Shown here in pieces: positions 36,572 through 45,358 of a DNA stretch of 64,000 nucleotides. How positions within the stretch are numbered: the first letter of the stretch is position 1; every line of letters starts with the position of its first letter. The notes beneath the pieces are model-generated. The model made no database searches, was not told where the DNA came from, and was given only the letters and a program-made list of their open reading frames with translations. Source of the DNA: an uncultured Planctomycetaceae bacterium (lineage in GTDB: Bacteria > Planctomycetota > Phycisphaerae > SM23-33); contig CAYRZU010000004.1 of the NCBI GenBank assembly GCA_964428895.1, positions 16,381 to 80,380 on the forward strand. The letters are read 5' to 3'. The position numbers were made by a program, and so were the translations under genes.

Positions 36572-38191
36572 ATGGCTGCAAAGCAGATGCTGTACGACGC
36601 CGACGCCCGCGCCGCGATGTTGGAAGGCGTGGCCAAGTTGGCCGCGGCCGTCAGAGTCACCCTCGGCCCCACAGGGCGAAATGTCCTGCTGCAAAAGTCC
36701 TACGGCGGACCCAAGGTGACCAAAGACGGCGTGACCGTCTCCAAAGACGTCGAGCTTCCCCATCCCTTCGAGAACATGGGCGCCAAGATGGCCAACCAGG
36801 TCGCCAGCAAGACCTCCGACGTCGCCGGCGACGGCACGACCACCGCGGTCGTTCTGGCCGAAGCGATCCTGAATGAAGGTCTCAAGAACGTCACCGCCGG
36901 CGCCAATCCCATGGCCGTCAAGCGCGGCATCGATCTGGCCGTAGAGGCCGCCACCGGCGCCATCGCCGATATGGCCAAGCCCTGCAAGACCACCGACGAC
37001 CTCCGCAAGGTCGCCACGGTCTCGGCCAATTGGAACACCGACATCGGCGCACTGATCGCTGAAGGGTTCGAGAAGGTCGGCACTGAAGGCGTGATGACGG
37101 TTGAAGAGGGCAAGGGCCTGGCCAACGAGCTGGAAGTGGTCGAAGGCATGCAGTTCGACAAGGGCTTCATCTCCCCCTACTTCATGACCAACCCCAACAC
37201 CCTCGAGGCTGAGCTGGAAGACGCCTACATTCTCATCCACGAGAAGAAGCTGTCCAGCCTGCGTGATCTTGTCCCGCTGCTGGAGAAGATCGCCCAGACC
37301 GGCAAGCCTCTGCTGATCCTGGCCGAAGACGTCGAGGGCGAGGCCCTGGCGGCGTTGGTGATCAACCGCTTGCGCGGCATCCTGAAGGTCTGCGCCGTCA
37401 AGGCGCCGGCCTTCGGCGACCGTCGCAAGGCCATCCTGGGCGACATCGCCGCCGTCACCAAGGGTCAGGTCGTTTCCGAAGACCTCGGGCAGAAGCTCGA
37501 GAACATCGAGTTGGACATGCTCGGCCAGGCCAAGAAGATTCTGGTCGACAAGGACAACACCACCATCATCGAAGGTGCCGGGGCTAAGAAGGACATCACC
37601 GCCCGCGTCGAGACGATTCGGTCCCAGATCGAGAAGACCACCAGCGACTACGATCGCGAGAAGCTCCAGGAACGCCTGGCCAAGCTGACCGGCGGCGTGG
37701 CTATCCTCAAAGCTGGTGCGGCGACCGAAACCGAGATGAAGGAGCGGAAAGACCTGATCGACGACGCCGTCCACGCCACCCGCGCTGCTTCGGAAGAAGG
37801 CATCGTCCCCGGCGGCGGCGTAACGCTGATCCGCGTCATCCCAGCCGTCGAGGCTGCCCGGGCCAAGGCCAAGGGAGATGAGAAGGTCGGGGTCGACATT
37901 GTCGCCCGGGCTTTGACCAGCCCGACCTGTCAGATCGTCGACAACACCGGCGCCGAGGGCGAGGTGGTTGTCGCCGACGTGCTCGCCCAGAAGGGAAACT
38001 TCGGTTACAACGCCTCCACCGGCGAGTTCGTGGACATGGTCGAGGCCGGCATCATTGACCCGGCCAAGGTCACCCGGACGGCCCTGCAGAACGCGGCCTC
38101 CGTGGCCGGGTTGCTGCTGACGACCGATCTGATGGTCACCGAGTTCGCGGACTCCGACGACGAGGAGCCGGTCACCGGCGCCGTCGTCTAA
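36572..38191 (+). CDS. groL: Chaperonin GroEL paralog 2 (no GGM tail; acidic C-terminus)
   Basis: [57 protein letters not shown]. 539 aa; ends [13 protein letters not shown]. Confidence 0.95.
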   Translation: MAAKQMLYDADARAAMLEGVAKLAAAVRVTLGPTGRNVLLQKSYGGPKVTKDGVTVSKDVELPHPFENMGAKMANQVASKTSDVAGDGTTTAVVLAEAILNEGLKNVTAGANPMAVKRGIDLAVEAATGAIADMAKPCKTTDDLRKVATVSANWNTDIGALIAEGFEKVGTEGVMTVEEGKGLANELEVVEGMQFDKGFISPYFMTNPNTLEAELEDAYILIHEKKLSSLRDLVPLLEKIAQTGKPLLILAEDVEGEALAALVINRLRGILKVCAVKAPAFGDRRKAILGDIAAVTKGQVVSEDLGQKLENIELDMLGQAKKILVDKDNTTIIEGAGAKKDITARVETIRSQIEKTTSDYDREKLQERLAKLTGGVAILKAGAATETEMKERKDLIDDAVHATRAASEEGIVPGGGVTLIRVIPAVEAARAKAKGDEKVGVDIVARALTSPTCQIVDNTGAEGEVVVADVLAQKGNFGYNASTGEFVDMVEAGIIDPAKVTRTALQNAASVAGLLLTTDLMVTEFADSDDEEPVTGAVV

Positions 38192-38220
38192 AGACGCCGA
38201 ACGCACCATTACGTGAATGC

Positions 38221-38268
38221 ATAGGGACGTTCGGCGACTGGGCCGAGCGTCCCTATGCTGTGTTTTTC
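38221..38268 (+). terminator. Rho-independent terminator after groEL2
   Basis: ATAGGGACG...CGTCCCTAT forms a 9-bp stem with an 18-nt loop, followed by GCTGTGTTTTT. Confidence 0.6.
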
Positions 38269-38292
38269 GGCCAACAAGGCCGACCGAAGGCC

Positions 38293-39423
38293 ATGGCATC
38301 GAAGCGCGACTATTACGAGGTCCTGAGCGTCGAGCGCACCGCCGGGGGCGACGACGTCAAGCGCGCCTATCGGCGCCTGGCGCTGAAGTACCACCCCGAC
38401 AACTACAAAGGCGACAAGGCCGAAGGGGAGGGCCTCTTTAAGGAGGTCTCCGAGGCCTACGAAGTTCTCTCGGACCCCACCAAGCGTCAGCAGTACGACA
38501 AATTCGGCCATGACGGGCTGAAAGGGGCGGGCCTGCACGACTTCTCCTCCATGGGCTTCGGGGACATCTTCTCGATGTTCGAGGATATCTTCTCCGGGAT
38601 GGGCATGGGCGGCGGTCAGCGCCGCACCGACCGCGGCTACGACCTGGAGGCCGAGGTCGCCCTGACGCTGGAGGAGGTCGCCACCGGGGCCGACCCCACC
38701 CTTGAATACGAGCGCGTGGACTTCTGCGAGACCTGCAGCGGAAGTGGATCCGAGCCCGGCCACGAGCCCGACCGCTGCGACACCTGTGGCGGCTATGGGC
38801 AAGTCCAGCAGCAGGTGCAGAGCTTCTTCGGCGTCAGCGTTCGCGTTCAGCCCTGCGGGCGGTGCAAGGGCACCGGCAAGATCGTCACCCACCCCTGCAA
38901 GAAATGCGATGGCAGCGGGCGCGTCCGTAAGAAACGCACCCTCACCGTCCACGTGCCGCCGGGCGTACGCGACGGGCAGGCGATGCGGGTCCGCGGCGAG
39001 GGCGAGGCCGCCCAGACCGGCACGGCCCGAGGCGATCTACACATTTACATCCGCATCAAAGAGCACGCCATGCTCACCCGCCGCAACGACGACCTGATTT
39101 GCCAAGTGCCGATCGCCTTTTCGGTGGCCGCCCTGGGCGGCGCGGTGCAAGTGCCCACATTGGCCGGCCCGGAAGATGTCGACGTGCCTCCCGGCACGCA
39201 AAACGGCGACGTAATCACCATCAAGGATCGCGGCCTGCCCTCGCCCCGCAACGGGCGGAAGGGCAATCAGCACGTGCTGGTCTACGTGGAAGTGCCCAAG
39301 AAGCTCACCGACACACAGAAGGATCTGCTGCGACAACTGGCTGAGACCGAAGAGGCCGATGTATCGCCGCAACGCAAATCGTTCCTCGACAAACTCAAAG
39401 ACACGTTCGGCCTAGGCGACTAG
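38293..39423 (+). CDS. dnaJ: Chaperone DnaJ
   Basis: The J-domain is MASKRDYYEVLSV...YRRLALKYHPDN. A G/F-rich region and four CxxCxGxG zinc-finger repeats follow (CETCSGSG, CDTCGGYG, CGRCKGTG, CKKCDGSG). The start is at the conserved MASKRDYY (38293), not the track start 38260. Confidence 0.9.
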   Translation: MASKRDYYEVLSVERTAGGDDVKRAYRRLALKYHPDNYKGDKAEGEGLFKEVSEAYEVLSDPTKRQQYDKFGHDGLKGAGLHDFSSMGFGDIFSMFEDIFSGMGMGGGQRRTDRGYDLEAEVALTLEEVATGADPTLEYERVDFCETCSGSGSEPGHEPDRCDTCGGYGQVQQQVQSFFGVSVRVQPCGRCKGTGKIVTHPCKKCDGSGRVRKKRTLTVHVPPGVRDGQAMRVRGEGEAAQTGTARGDLHIYIRIKEHAMLTRRNDDLICQVPIAFSVAALGGAVQVPTLAGPEDVDVPPGTQNGDVITIKDRGLPSPRNGRKGNQHVLVYVEVPKKLTDTQKDLLRQLAETEEADVSPQRKSFLDKLKDTFGLGD

Positions 39424-39445
39424 GCCGGTCCGTCCAGGCCACACC

Positions 39446-40003
39446 ATGAGCAAGAAGGACAAACACAAGCACGAGCCCGAACCGGAAGCCGATGAGGCCG
39501 TCGGACCCCAGACGCCCGAGCAAGAGCGCGACGATCTACTCGCCCGCCTGCAGCGCGTCTCGGCCGACTACGCCAATTTTCAGAAGCGCGTCCAGCGCGA
39601 GAAAGAAGACGGCCGACACTTCGCCCAGGCCGAGGTCATCAGAGGCCTCTTGCCCGTGCTCGACGATATGGAACGCGCCCTGGAGGCTGCCCGCGAGAAC
39701 CACGGCGAGGACGACCCGTTCTTCACCGGCATGCAGATCGTCCACGACAAGGCCCTGGAGACCCTCGGCAAGTTCGGCCTGACCCCCATCGAGGCCGTCG
39801 GCAAGAGCTTCGACCCCGACCGCCATTCCGCCCTGATGCAACAGCCCACCGACGAGCACCCCGCCCAGACCGTCCTGCAGGAGGTCCAGCGCGGTTACGC
39901 CCTCAACGGAAAGACCATTCGACCGTCCGGCGTGGTGGTTTCCGTCGAGTTGCCCAGCACCGATGGGACGGCCGAACCGGAGGACACCTCGGCCGACTCT
40001 TAG
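39446..40003 (+). CDS. grpE: Nucleotide exchange factor GrpE
   Basis: The coiled-coil region is LQRVSADYANFQKRVQRE. The C-terminal region KALETLGKFGLTPIEAVGKSFDPDRHSALMQ has the GrpE signature. Confidence 0.85.
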   Translation: MSKKDKHKHEPEPEADEAVGPQTPEQERDDLLARLQRVSADYANFQKRVQREKEDGRHFAQAEVIRGLLPVLDDMERALEAARENHGEDDPFFTGMQIVHDKALETLGKFGLTPIEAVGKSFDPDRHSALMQQPTDEHPAQTVLQEVQRGYALNGKTIRPSGVVVSVELPSTDGTAEPEDTSADS

Positions 40004-40023
40004 GGCCGTCGCGATCGATCACC

Positions 40024-40359
40024 ATGCCCACCTACGACTACGAGTGCAAAGCCTGCGGTCACACCTTCGAGAAATTCCAGTCCATCACGGCGCCCTCCGT
40101 CCGCAAGTGCCCCGAATGCACCAAGCTGAAGGTCAAACGCCTGATCGGCACGGGAGCGGGCATCATCTTCAAGGGCAGCGGCTTCTACCAGACCGACTAC
40201 CGCTCCGACGGCTACAAGGCCGCCGCCGAAAAGGACAAGCCCTCCAGCGACAACAAATCCTCGGAGAGCAAATCGTCAGACAGCAAGCCATCGTCGGAAA
40301 CATCGTCAGCGGACAAGTCCTCGGACGAGAAAGGCTCGTCCAGCGGCTCTTCGGACTGA
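40024..40359 (+). CDS. FmdB-family zinc-ribbon protein with Ser/Lys-rich low-complexity tail
   Basis: MPTYDYECKACGHTFEKFQSITAPSVRKCPECTKLKVKRLIG has CxxC...CxxC (Zn_ribbon_8 / FmdB). It is followed by an SSESKSSDSKPSSETSSADKSS tail. Confidence 0.75.
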   Translation: MPTYDYECKACGHTFEKFQSITAPSVRKCPECTKLKVKRLIGTGAGIIFKGSGFYQTDYRSDGYKAAAEKDKPSSDNKSSESKSSDSKPSSETSSADKSSDEKGSSSGSSD

Positions 40360-40422
40360 CCTTCTCCGCCGCCCATTGTCCCTCTGATCCCCACCCAATC
40401 GCTGTTGTGCGGGGATTTTGCT

Positions 40423-40451
40423 TTGGCATGGGTTGCTTGCGTTCCTATAAT
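40423..40451 (+). promoter_or_regulatory. Sigma70-like promoter TTGGCA-N17-TATAAT upstream of the 40562 membrane-protein gene
   Basis: TTGGCA at 40423..40428, a 17-bp spacer, and a perfect TATAAT at 40446..40451. The ATG is 110 nt downstream. Confidence 0.45.
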
Positions 40452-40561
40452 CCGGGCGCATTCGGGAAACCGAGAATAGCCGCCGACCGCAAGCACACAT
40501 CGCAGGGCCCTTGCCGGTCGGCTCGTACCTACCGATATCGCCGAACTGAAAGGATGCACTC

Positions 40562-42361
40562 ATGGCGACTGAGCCGAACGAAGTCAGGCAAGTCAATTGG
40601 ACGGAAGTGTTCAGCTTCACGCAGATCTTCAAGAGCCGTAAGCTGGCCACCCACCCCAGCAAACTCATTCTAGCGTTCCTGTTTATCCTGTTCGTCTTCG
40701 GCGGCGGGACACTCATGGACCTGATCTGGTCCACCGGCGGCGGCTACGTCAACACCACCGGCAACGAGATCTACAAGTTCGCGGTCAGCAACCCGTCCTA
40801 CGACCGGATGCTCGAAGGCTGGAAGGACAGCCGCCGGGATGCCGCCGAGGAACTCTACAAGGACTTGGCCCCGCAAACCGTCAAGCCCGACTTCCTGATC
40901 GGCAAGCTCAGCGGCGAGGTCCGTTCCGAATACCGATCCGCGCTGAGCGAGATCGACGCCAAAGACGTCAAAGCCGAGATCGAGGAAGACGACAGCTGGT
41001 CCGAACTCCTCGGCGAAGCGTGCGACGCCTTCGGGGATGCCAAAGGAGAGGCCAAGGACCTTCTGGACACCGCCTACGACAACGCCCGCAAGAAAGCCAA
41101 GGACAGCTCCGAAGACGAAGAGGAGCGGGATGAGCTCCTCGAAGAGATCGACAACCAATACCTTGCCGGCAAGCAAGGGCTGGCCGACCTGGCGAACGAC
41201 TTCGACAAGGCCGTTCGCAGCATCCGCGGCGAGACCATCGCCACCAGCTTCCTTCGCTTCGAAATGGTCTGCGTTCGCAATTCCCTGCGATCGGTCATTC
41301 ACGGGAGGTTGTTCGGCGGTCTGAACGAGTTCACCCAGCCGTCCCCGGGCGTTAAGGACGCTGTCGACACCGGCATTGCATTCCCGGCTCCCGAAGACAA
41401 GCGCGGCGTGCTATTCTACCTGGTGCTGGCCGTTCACGGCGTGCGATGGTTGTTCGCCGAGCATCTGATCTACGCGTTGATTTTCAGCGCTTACATCATG
41501 GCCGGCTGGGCGCTGTTTGGCGGGGCCATCTACCGGATCGCCGCGCTACACGCGGCGAGAGAGGAAAAGGCGTCCATCGGCCAAGCGCTGCGGTTCGCGG
41601 CGAGCAAGTTCTTCAGCTTCTTCGCGGCTCCGCTGATTCCGCTGGCGGTGATCCTGTTGGTCGGCGGGCTGCTGATGCTGGGCGGCTTGCTCGGCAACGC
41701 CTTTGGCGCCGGCGCTCTGATCCTGGGTATTCTGTTCTTCCTATCCCTGATCGGCGGCGTGGTGATCGCGTTCCTCCTGTTCGGCTTGTTGGGCGGTTGC
41801 GGGCTGATGTACCCGACCATCGCGGTGGAAGGCTCGGACAGCTTCGACGCGATCAGCCGTAGCTACTCCTACATCTTCAATCGCCCCTGGCGAGCGGGCC
41901 TGTACGCATTGGTCGCGTTATTCCACGGCACGTTGTGCTACGTGTTCGTGCGCCTGTTCGCCTTTGCCGCCCTCAAGGCCACCCACATGGGCGTCAAGTT
42001 CGGCATCTGGGCCGGCGGCGATACCATCAAGGGCGCCCACGACAAGCTCGACGTCATGTGGCCGGCCCCGACGTTCCAGGTCCTCCACGCGCCGCTGAAT
42101 ACCGCCGCGCTAAGCACGTTCGAAACCATTGGCGCGTGGTTCATGGCGTTGTGGGTCTACGTGATCGTGGGCATGGTCGGGGCGTTCCTGATCAGTTACT
42201 TTGTCTCGGCCAGCACGGAAATCTACTACCTGCTGCGTCGACACGTCGATGCGACCGATCTAGATGACGTGTTCGTCGAGGAGGCCGAGGAAGAGGATCT
42301 CCTGCCCCTGGAAACCGAAGCGGCGCCCGCCGAGGCCGTTGAAGAGGGCGACGAAGCTTAG
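40562..42361 (+). CDS. Polytopic membrane protein of unknown function with acidic C-terminal tail
   Basis: 599 aa. There are multiple hydrophobic helices (LILAFLFILFVFGG; LIPLAVILLVGGLLMLGGLLGNAFGAGALILGILFFLSLIGGVVIAFLLFGLLGG). A charged, probably coiled region spans residues ~100-230. The C-terminus is EEAEEEDLLPLETEAAPAEAVEEGDEA. Confidence 0.5.
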   Translation: MATEPNEVRQVNWTEVFSFTQIFKSRKLATHPSKLILAFLFILFVFGGGTLMDLIWSTGGGYVNTTGNEIYKFAVSNPSYDRMLEGWKDSRRDAAEELYKDLAPQTVKPDFLIGKLSGEVRSEYRSALSEIDAKDVKAEIEEDDSWSELLGEACDAFGDAKGEAKDLLDTAYDNARKKAKDSSEDEEERDELLEEIDNQYLAGKQGLADLANDFDKAVRSIRGETIATSFLRFEMVCVRNSLRSVIHGRLFGGLNEFTQPSPGVKDAVDTGIAFPAPEDKRGVLFYLVLAVHGVRWLFAEHLIYALIFSAYIMAGWALFGGAIYRIAALHAAREEKASIGQALRFAASKFFSFFAAPLIPLAVILLVGGLLMLGGLLGNAFGAGALILGILFFLSLIGGVVIAFLLFGLLGGCGLMYPTIAVEGSDSFDAISRSYSYIFNRPWRAGLYALVALFHGTLCYVFVRLFAFAALKATHMGVKFGIWAGGDTIKGAHDKLDVMWPAPTFQVLHAPLNTAALSTFETIGAWFMALWVYVIVGMVGAFLISYFVSASTEIYYLLRRHVDATDLDDVFVEEAEEEDLLPLETEAAPAEAVEEGDEA

Positions 42362-42388
42362 GCCCCCGATTTGCACCAAAGCATTTAC

Positions 42389-42430
42389 CAGCCGCCCGCG
42401 CCTCACGCGTGGGCGGCTGTTGTTTTGTCT
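42389..42430 (+). terminator. Rho-independent terminator in the convergent gap between the 40562 gene and dgt
   Basis: CAGCCGCCC-13 nt-GGGCGGCTG is a perfect 9-bp stem, followed by TTGTTTTGTCT. Confidence 0.55.
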
Positions 42431-43562
42431 AGGCGCCGGCCTGGGCGGCCTGGTCGGTGCAGAATCGGTCGGTCATCCCCGCGATGTAGTCGCAGACCAC
42501 GCGCTCAAGTCCTTGCTCAGCCATGCGGCCGCGATAGCGATCGGGCAAGTCGTCGGGGCAGCGGACCAGACGCTCGAACAGGGCCGTGATCGTATCCTTC
42601 GCCGCTTGGCTGTGGGCGAGCCCCGTGGGGTGTTCGTACACCCGCCGCAGCAGGAATTCCTGCAAGGCCGCAACCTGTTGCCCCAGATCGGCGGAGAACC
42701 CAACACATCGGGCGGCCTGTCGGACCTCGGAGGCCGAGCCGAGCAAGGCGGTTCGCCGCGCGGTCTCGGCCACCACGTCGTCGACCATCATCGCCAGAAT
42801 CGTCACCCGCGCCCGGATGCGCTTGTGGATCCAGCGCGCGTCGCCGTAGTCGGCCTCGGCGGCCGACCACGCGGCGCGCCAAATCCCCAGGTCCGCCAGG
42901 TCGTCGGTGGTGATCCAGTCGGCAGCCAGGGCGTCGTCGAGGTCGGCCGCGGTGTAGGCGATTTCGTCGGCGACGTCGACCACCTGGCCCTCCAGCGGGC
43001 CCGGCGCGCCGGTGTCGAGATCCTCGCAGGTCGGCGTGTCGTACCGCGTCTGGTGGGTGGCCAGGCACTCCCGGACGACCTGCGTCAGATTCAGCCCCCG
43101 AAAGCCCGGGTAGGGGTGCTCCAGGTAGTCCACCACCCGCAGCGACTGGCGATTGTGTTCAAAGCCGCCCGCCCCCGCCATCAGGGCAGCTAGCGCGTAT
43201 TCCCCACTGTGGCCGAACGGCGGATGACCCAGGTCGTGGGCCAGGGCGACCGCTTCGATCAGGTCTTCGTTGAGTCGCAGCGCTCGGCCGATCGTTCGGC
43301 CGACCTGGGCGACTTCCAGGGTGTGGGTCAGGCGGGTGCGGAAGTGATCGTGCTCGTGGGGCACGAACACCTGCGTCTTGAAGTCCAGCCGTCGGAAGGC
43401 GGAGCAATGGACGATGCGGTCGCGGTCGCGCTGGAAGCAGGTGCGGTAGGGGTGGTCGGGCTCGTGGTGACGGCGCCTGCCGCTGTCGGCTTCGCGGACG
43501 GCCCAGTCGGCAAGCCACTCGCTCTGGCGGCGCTCGTAATCGGCTCGCGGCGTAGCGGACAC
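42429..43562 (-). CDS. dgt: dGTP triphosphohydrolase-like HD-domain protein
   Basis: RDRDRIVHCSAFRRLDFKTQVF, HTRLTHTLEVAQVGRTIGRAL and HDLGHPPFGH (HD motif) are present. 377 aa. Confidence 0.8.
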   Translation of the reverse strand: MSATPRADYERRQSEWLADWAVREADSGRRRHHEPDHPYRTCFQRDRDRIVHCSAFRRLDFKTQVFVPHEHDHFRTRLTHTLEVAQVGRTIGRALRLNEDLIEAVALAHDLGHPPFGHSGEYALAALMAGAGGFEHNRQSLRVVDYLEHPYPGFRGLNLTQVVRECLATHQTRYDTPTCEDLDTGAPGPLEGQVVDVADEIAYTAADLDDALAADWITTDDLADLGIWRAAWSAAEADYGDARWIHKRIRARVTILAMMVDDVVAETARRTALLGSASEVRQAARCVGFSADLGQQVAALQEFLLRRVYEHPTGLAHSQAAKDTITALFERLVRCPDDLPDRYRGRMAEQGLERVVCDYIAGMTDRFCTDQAAQAGA

Positions 43563-43565
43563 CGG

Positions 43566-44117
43566 TTAGCCCCCATCGCCGAAGCGCGGCAGGTGTAAGG
43601 ACCTCGCCGCCTCGGTAATCGTTTCATATAGCTGCGCCAGCGAGACCGGCACCACGCGCACGTCGCCCAGCACGCTCATCAGGTTCACGTCGCCGGGCCA
43701 ACGCGGCACGATGTGCATGTGAATGTGCTCGGGTAGGCCGGCTCCGGCGCATCGGCCGATGTTGTAGCCAATGTTGAAGCCCTGGGCCTTGAGGGCCTGC
43801 GACAGCACGGCCTGCGTATCGCGGGCGACGTGCATGATCTCCAGCAGCGCCTCCGAATCCAAGCTCGCCATCTCGCCGACATGCTCGGCCGGAGCGATCA
43901 GGCAATGCCCGCCCGTGTAGGGAAAGCGGTTGAGCACCGTAATGGTCCGCGGCCCGCGCCACAGCACCAGGTTGTCGGCCTCCGCGTCAGCCTCATCCCG
44001 GGCCTTGCACAGGAAGCACTCATCGTCGGGCTCGCCGAGGCTTTCGATGTACTCCATTCGCCACGGCGCCCAGATATTGCATTTCTGGTTGGCTTGAGAG
44101 GGCTTGTCGTTCATCAT
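43566..44117 (-). CDS. HIT-family (histidine triad) nucleotide hydrolase/transferase
   Basis: HIHMHIVPRW is the HxHxHxx triad; CFLCKA and NRFPYTGGHCLIAPAEHV are present. The real gene is the 183-aa C-terminal part (start MMNDKPSQ, complement ATG at 44115..44117) of the 555-aa tracked ORF 43566..45233. The rest of that ORF is Gly-rich antisense of the hydrolase gene. Confidence 0.7.
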   Translation of the reverse strand: MMNDKPSQANQKCNIWAPWRMEYIESLGEPDDECFLCKARDEADAEADNLVLWRGPRTITVLNRFPYTGGHCLIAPAEHVGEMASLDSEALLEIMHVARDTQAVLSQALKAQGFNIGYNIGRCAGAGLPEHIHMHIVPRWPGDVNLMSVLGDVRVVPVSLAQLYETITEAARSLHLPRFGDGG

Positions 44118-44240
44118 CAGTGGATGATACCAACGCCGACCGGCCGACACAACGCGAGGCCAGGCAGGCAATACATCGTATCCCCTACCGTTAATCTCCA
44201 CAGTGGGTAACACCTCGACGTGGAGAAGAGGACATGACTG

Positions 44241-45344
44241 ATGGACCGGACACTTTCCGCGATCCGCGCCGCGACCAAGGCGGCCGTCCTGGTGGGCCTG
44301 CTGCTTTGGCCGGCCGCCTGCCGACGCAACACCACGCCGACCCGGGCGGAACCGACGACGGTTGGCTTTCGTATCTACCGGTGGAGCTACCCAGCCGCCG
44401 ATGGCTCCAACAAGCGGCTGACCACGGCAGTCTGGTACCCCGCACACGCTAAGCCCGACGCGGTCACGCGCTACACGTCCGGCGTATTGGGCCAGGCCCG
44501 CACCGACGCAACGCCCGACACCTCCGGAGCGCCCTATCCCCTGATCGTCTGGTCGCACGGGTTCACCGGCAGCGGCCTGAGCGCTGCGTATCTGGCCGAA
44601 CACCTCGCCGCCCGCGGATTCGTGGTCGCCGCCGTCGACCACAACGACCCGGCCCCAGCGGTCCGAATCGTGCCCACGCGCAAGCCCAGCGACACGGCCC
44701 AGCGCCGGCGCCGCGCGGTGGCAGAGCTGCTCGCCCAAAGGCCCCAGCTGGACCACGCCCGCTACGCCTACCGCTCGCGCGAGCTGAAAGCCCTGATCGA
44801 TCGCATACTGGCTGAGAACGACCGGGCCGACTCCCCCTTGGCGGGCATGATCGATCCGGCCCGCATCGGCGCCGGCGGCCATTCCATGGGCGGCTACACC
44901 GTGCTGACGATGATCGGCTGCCGCCCCCACCTGACCGACCCGCGAATCAAGGCGGCCGTGTTGCACTCGCCAGCGGCCTGGATGTGGCAGGGGGCCGACT
45001 ACCGACAAATCGGTGTGCCCACGCTCTACATGCTGGGCCAACTCGAGGCCAAGAACCGCGCCGACAAGCTCATGGACACCGCCCTGGCCGTGGACTTCAC
45101 GCCGGCGCCAACGTGGTATCTCGAGATCGACGGGGCCCACCACGCCTCCTTTGCCGACTTGCGGACCTCCACCGAGAAAGGCCTGACGCCCCTGTGGCCC
45201 GGACACGCCGAGACCATCGCCAAGTACACCCACGCTCTCTTCGAGTTGGCTCTCCGCCCGGACGGCCCCGGCGCACTTGACACCCGAGAGACCCTCTCAG
45301 CCGGGGATGATCGAACCAGCACTTTCACGGCCAAGCCCAAATAA
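44241..45344 (+). CDS. Secreted alpha/beta hydrolase (PAF-acetylhydrolase / dienelactone hydrolase-like lipase-esterase)
   Basis: There is a signal-like N-terminus, a GHSMGG nucleophile elbow, and downstream Asp/His candidates (EIDGAHHASF). Confidence 0.6.
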   Translation: MDRTLSAIRAATKAAVLVGLLLWPAACRRNTTPTRAEPTTVGFRIYRWSYPAADGSNKRLTTAVWYPAHAKPDAVTRYTSGVLGQARTDATPDTSGAPYPLIVWSHGFTGSGLSAAYLAEHLAARGFVVAAVDHNDPAPAVRIVPTRKPSDTAQRRRRAVAELLAQRPQLDHARYAYRSRELKALIDRILAENDRADSPLAGMIDPARIGAGGHSMGGYTVLTMIGCRPHLTDPRIKAAVLHSPAAWMWQGADYRQIGVPTLYMLGQLEAKNRADKLMDTALAVDFTPAPTWYLEIDGAHHASFADLRTSTEKGLTPLWPGHAETIAKYTHALFELALRPDGPGALDTRETLSAGDDRTSTFTAKPK

Positions 45345-45358
45345 GAGAGCGACCCTCA

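Noticed and set aside
34232-36600. CIRCE (HrcA operator) upstream of groEL1, groES or groEL2.
   Set aside because: I searched by eye for TTAGCACTC / GAGTGCTAA and close variants in the three upstream regions and found none. This is reported as an absence rather than a feature.
42429-44117. The dgt-HIT pair as a bona fide anti-phage defence system.
   Set aside because: There is no mobile-element, toxin, sensor or other defence-island context in the flanks, and both genes have ordinary housekeeping homologs. It is kept only as a low-interest observation.
43566-45233. The 555-aa ORF reported as a single gene.
   Set aside because: Only the C-terminal 183 aa (the HIT domain) is real. The N-terminal 370 aa are Gly-rich antisense of the alpha/beta hydrolase gene, kept open by the lack of stop codons.
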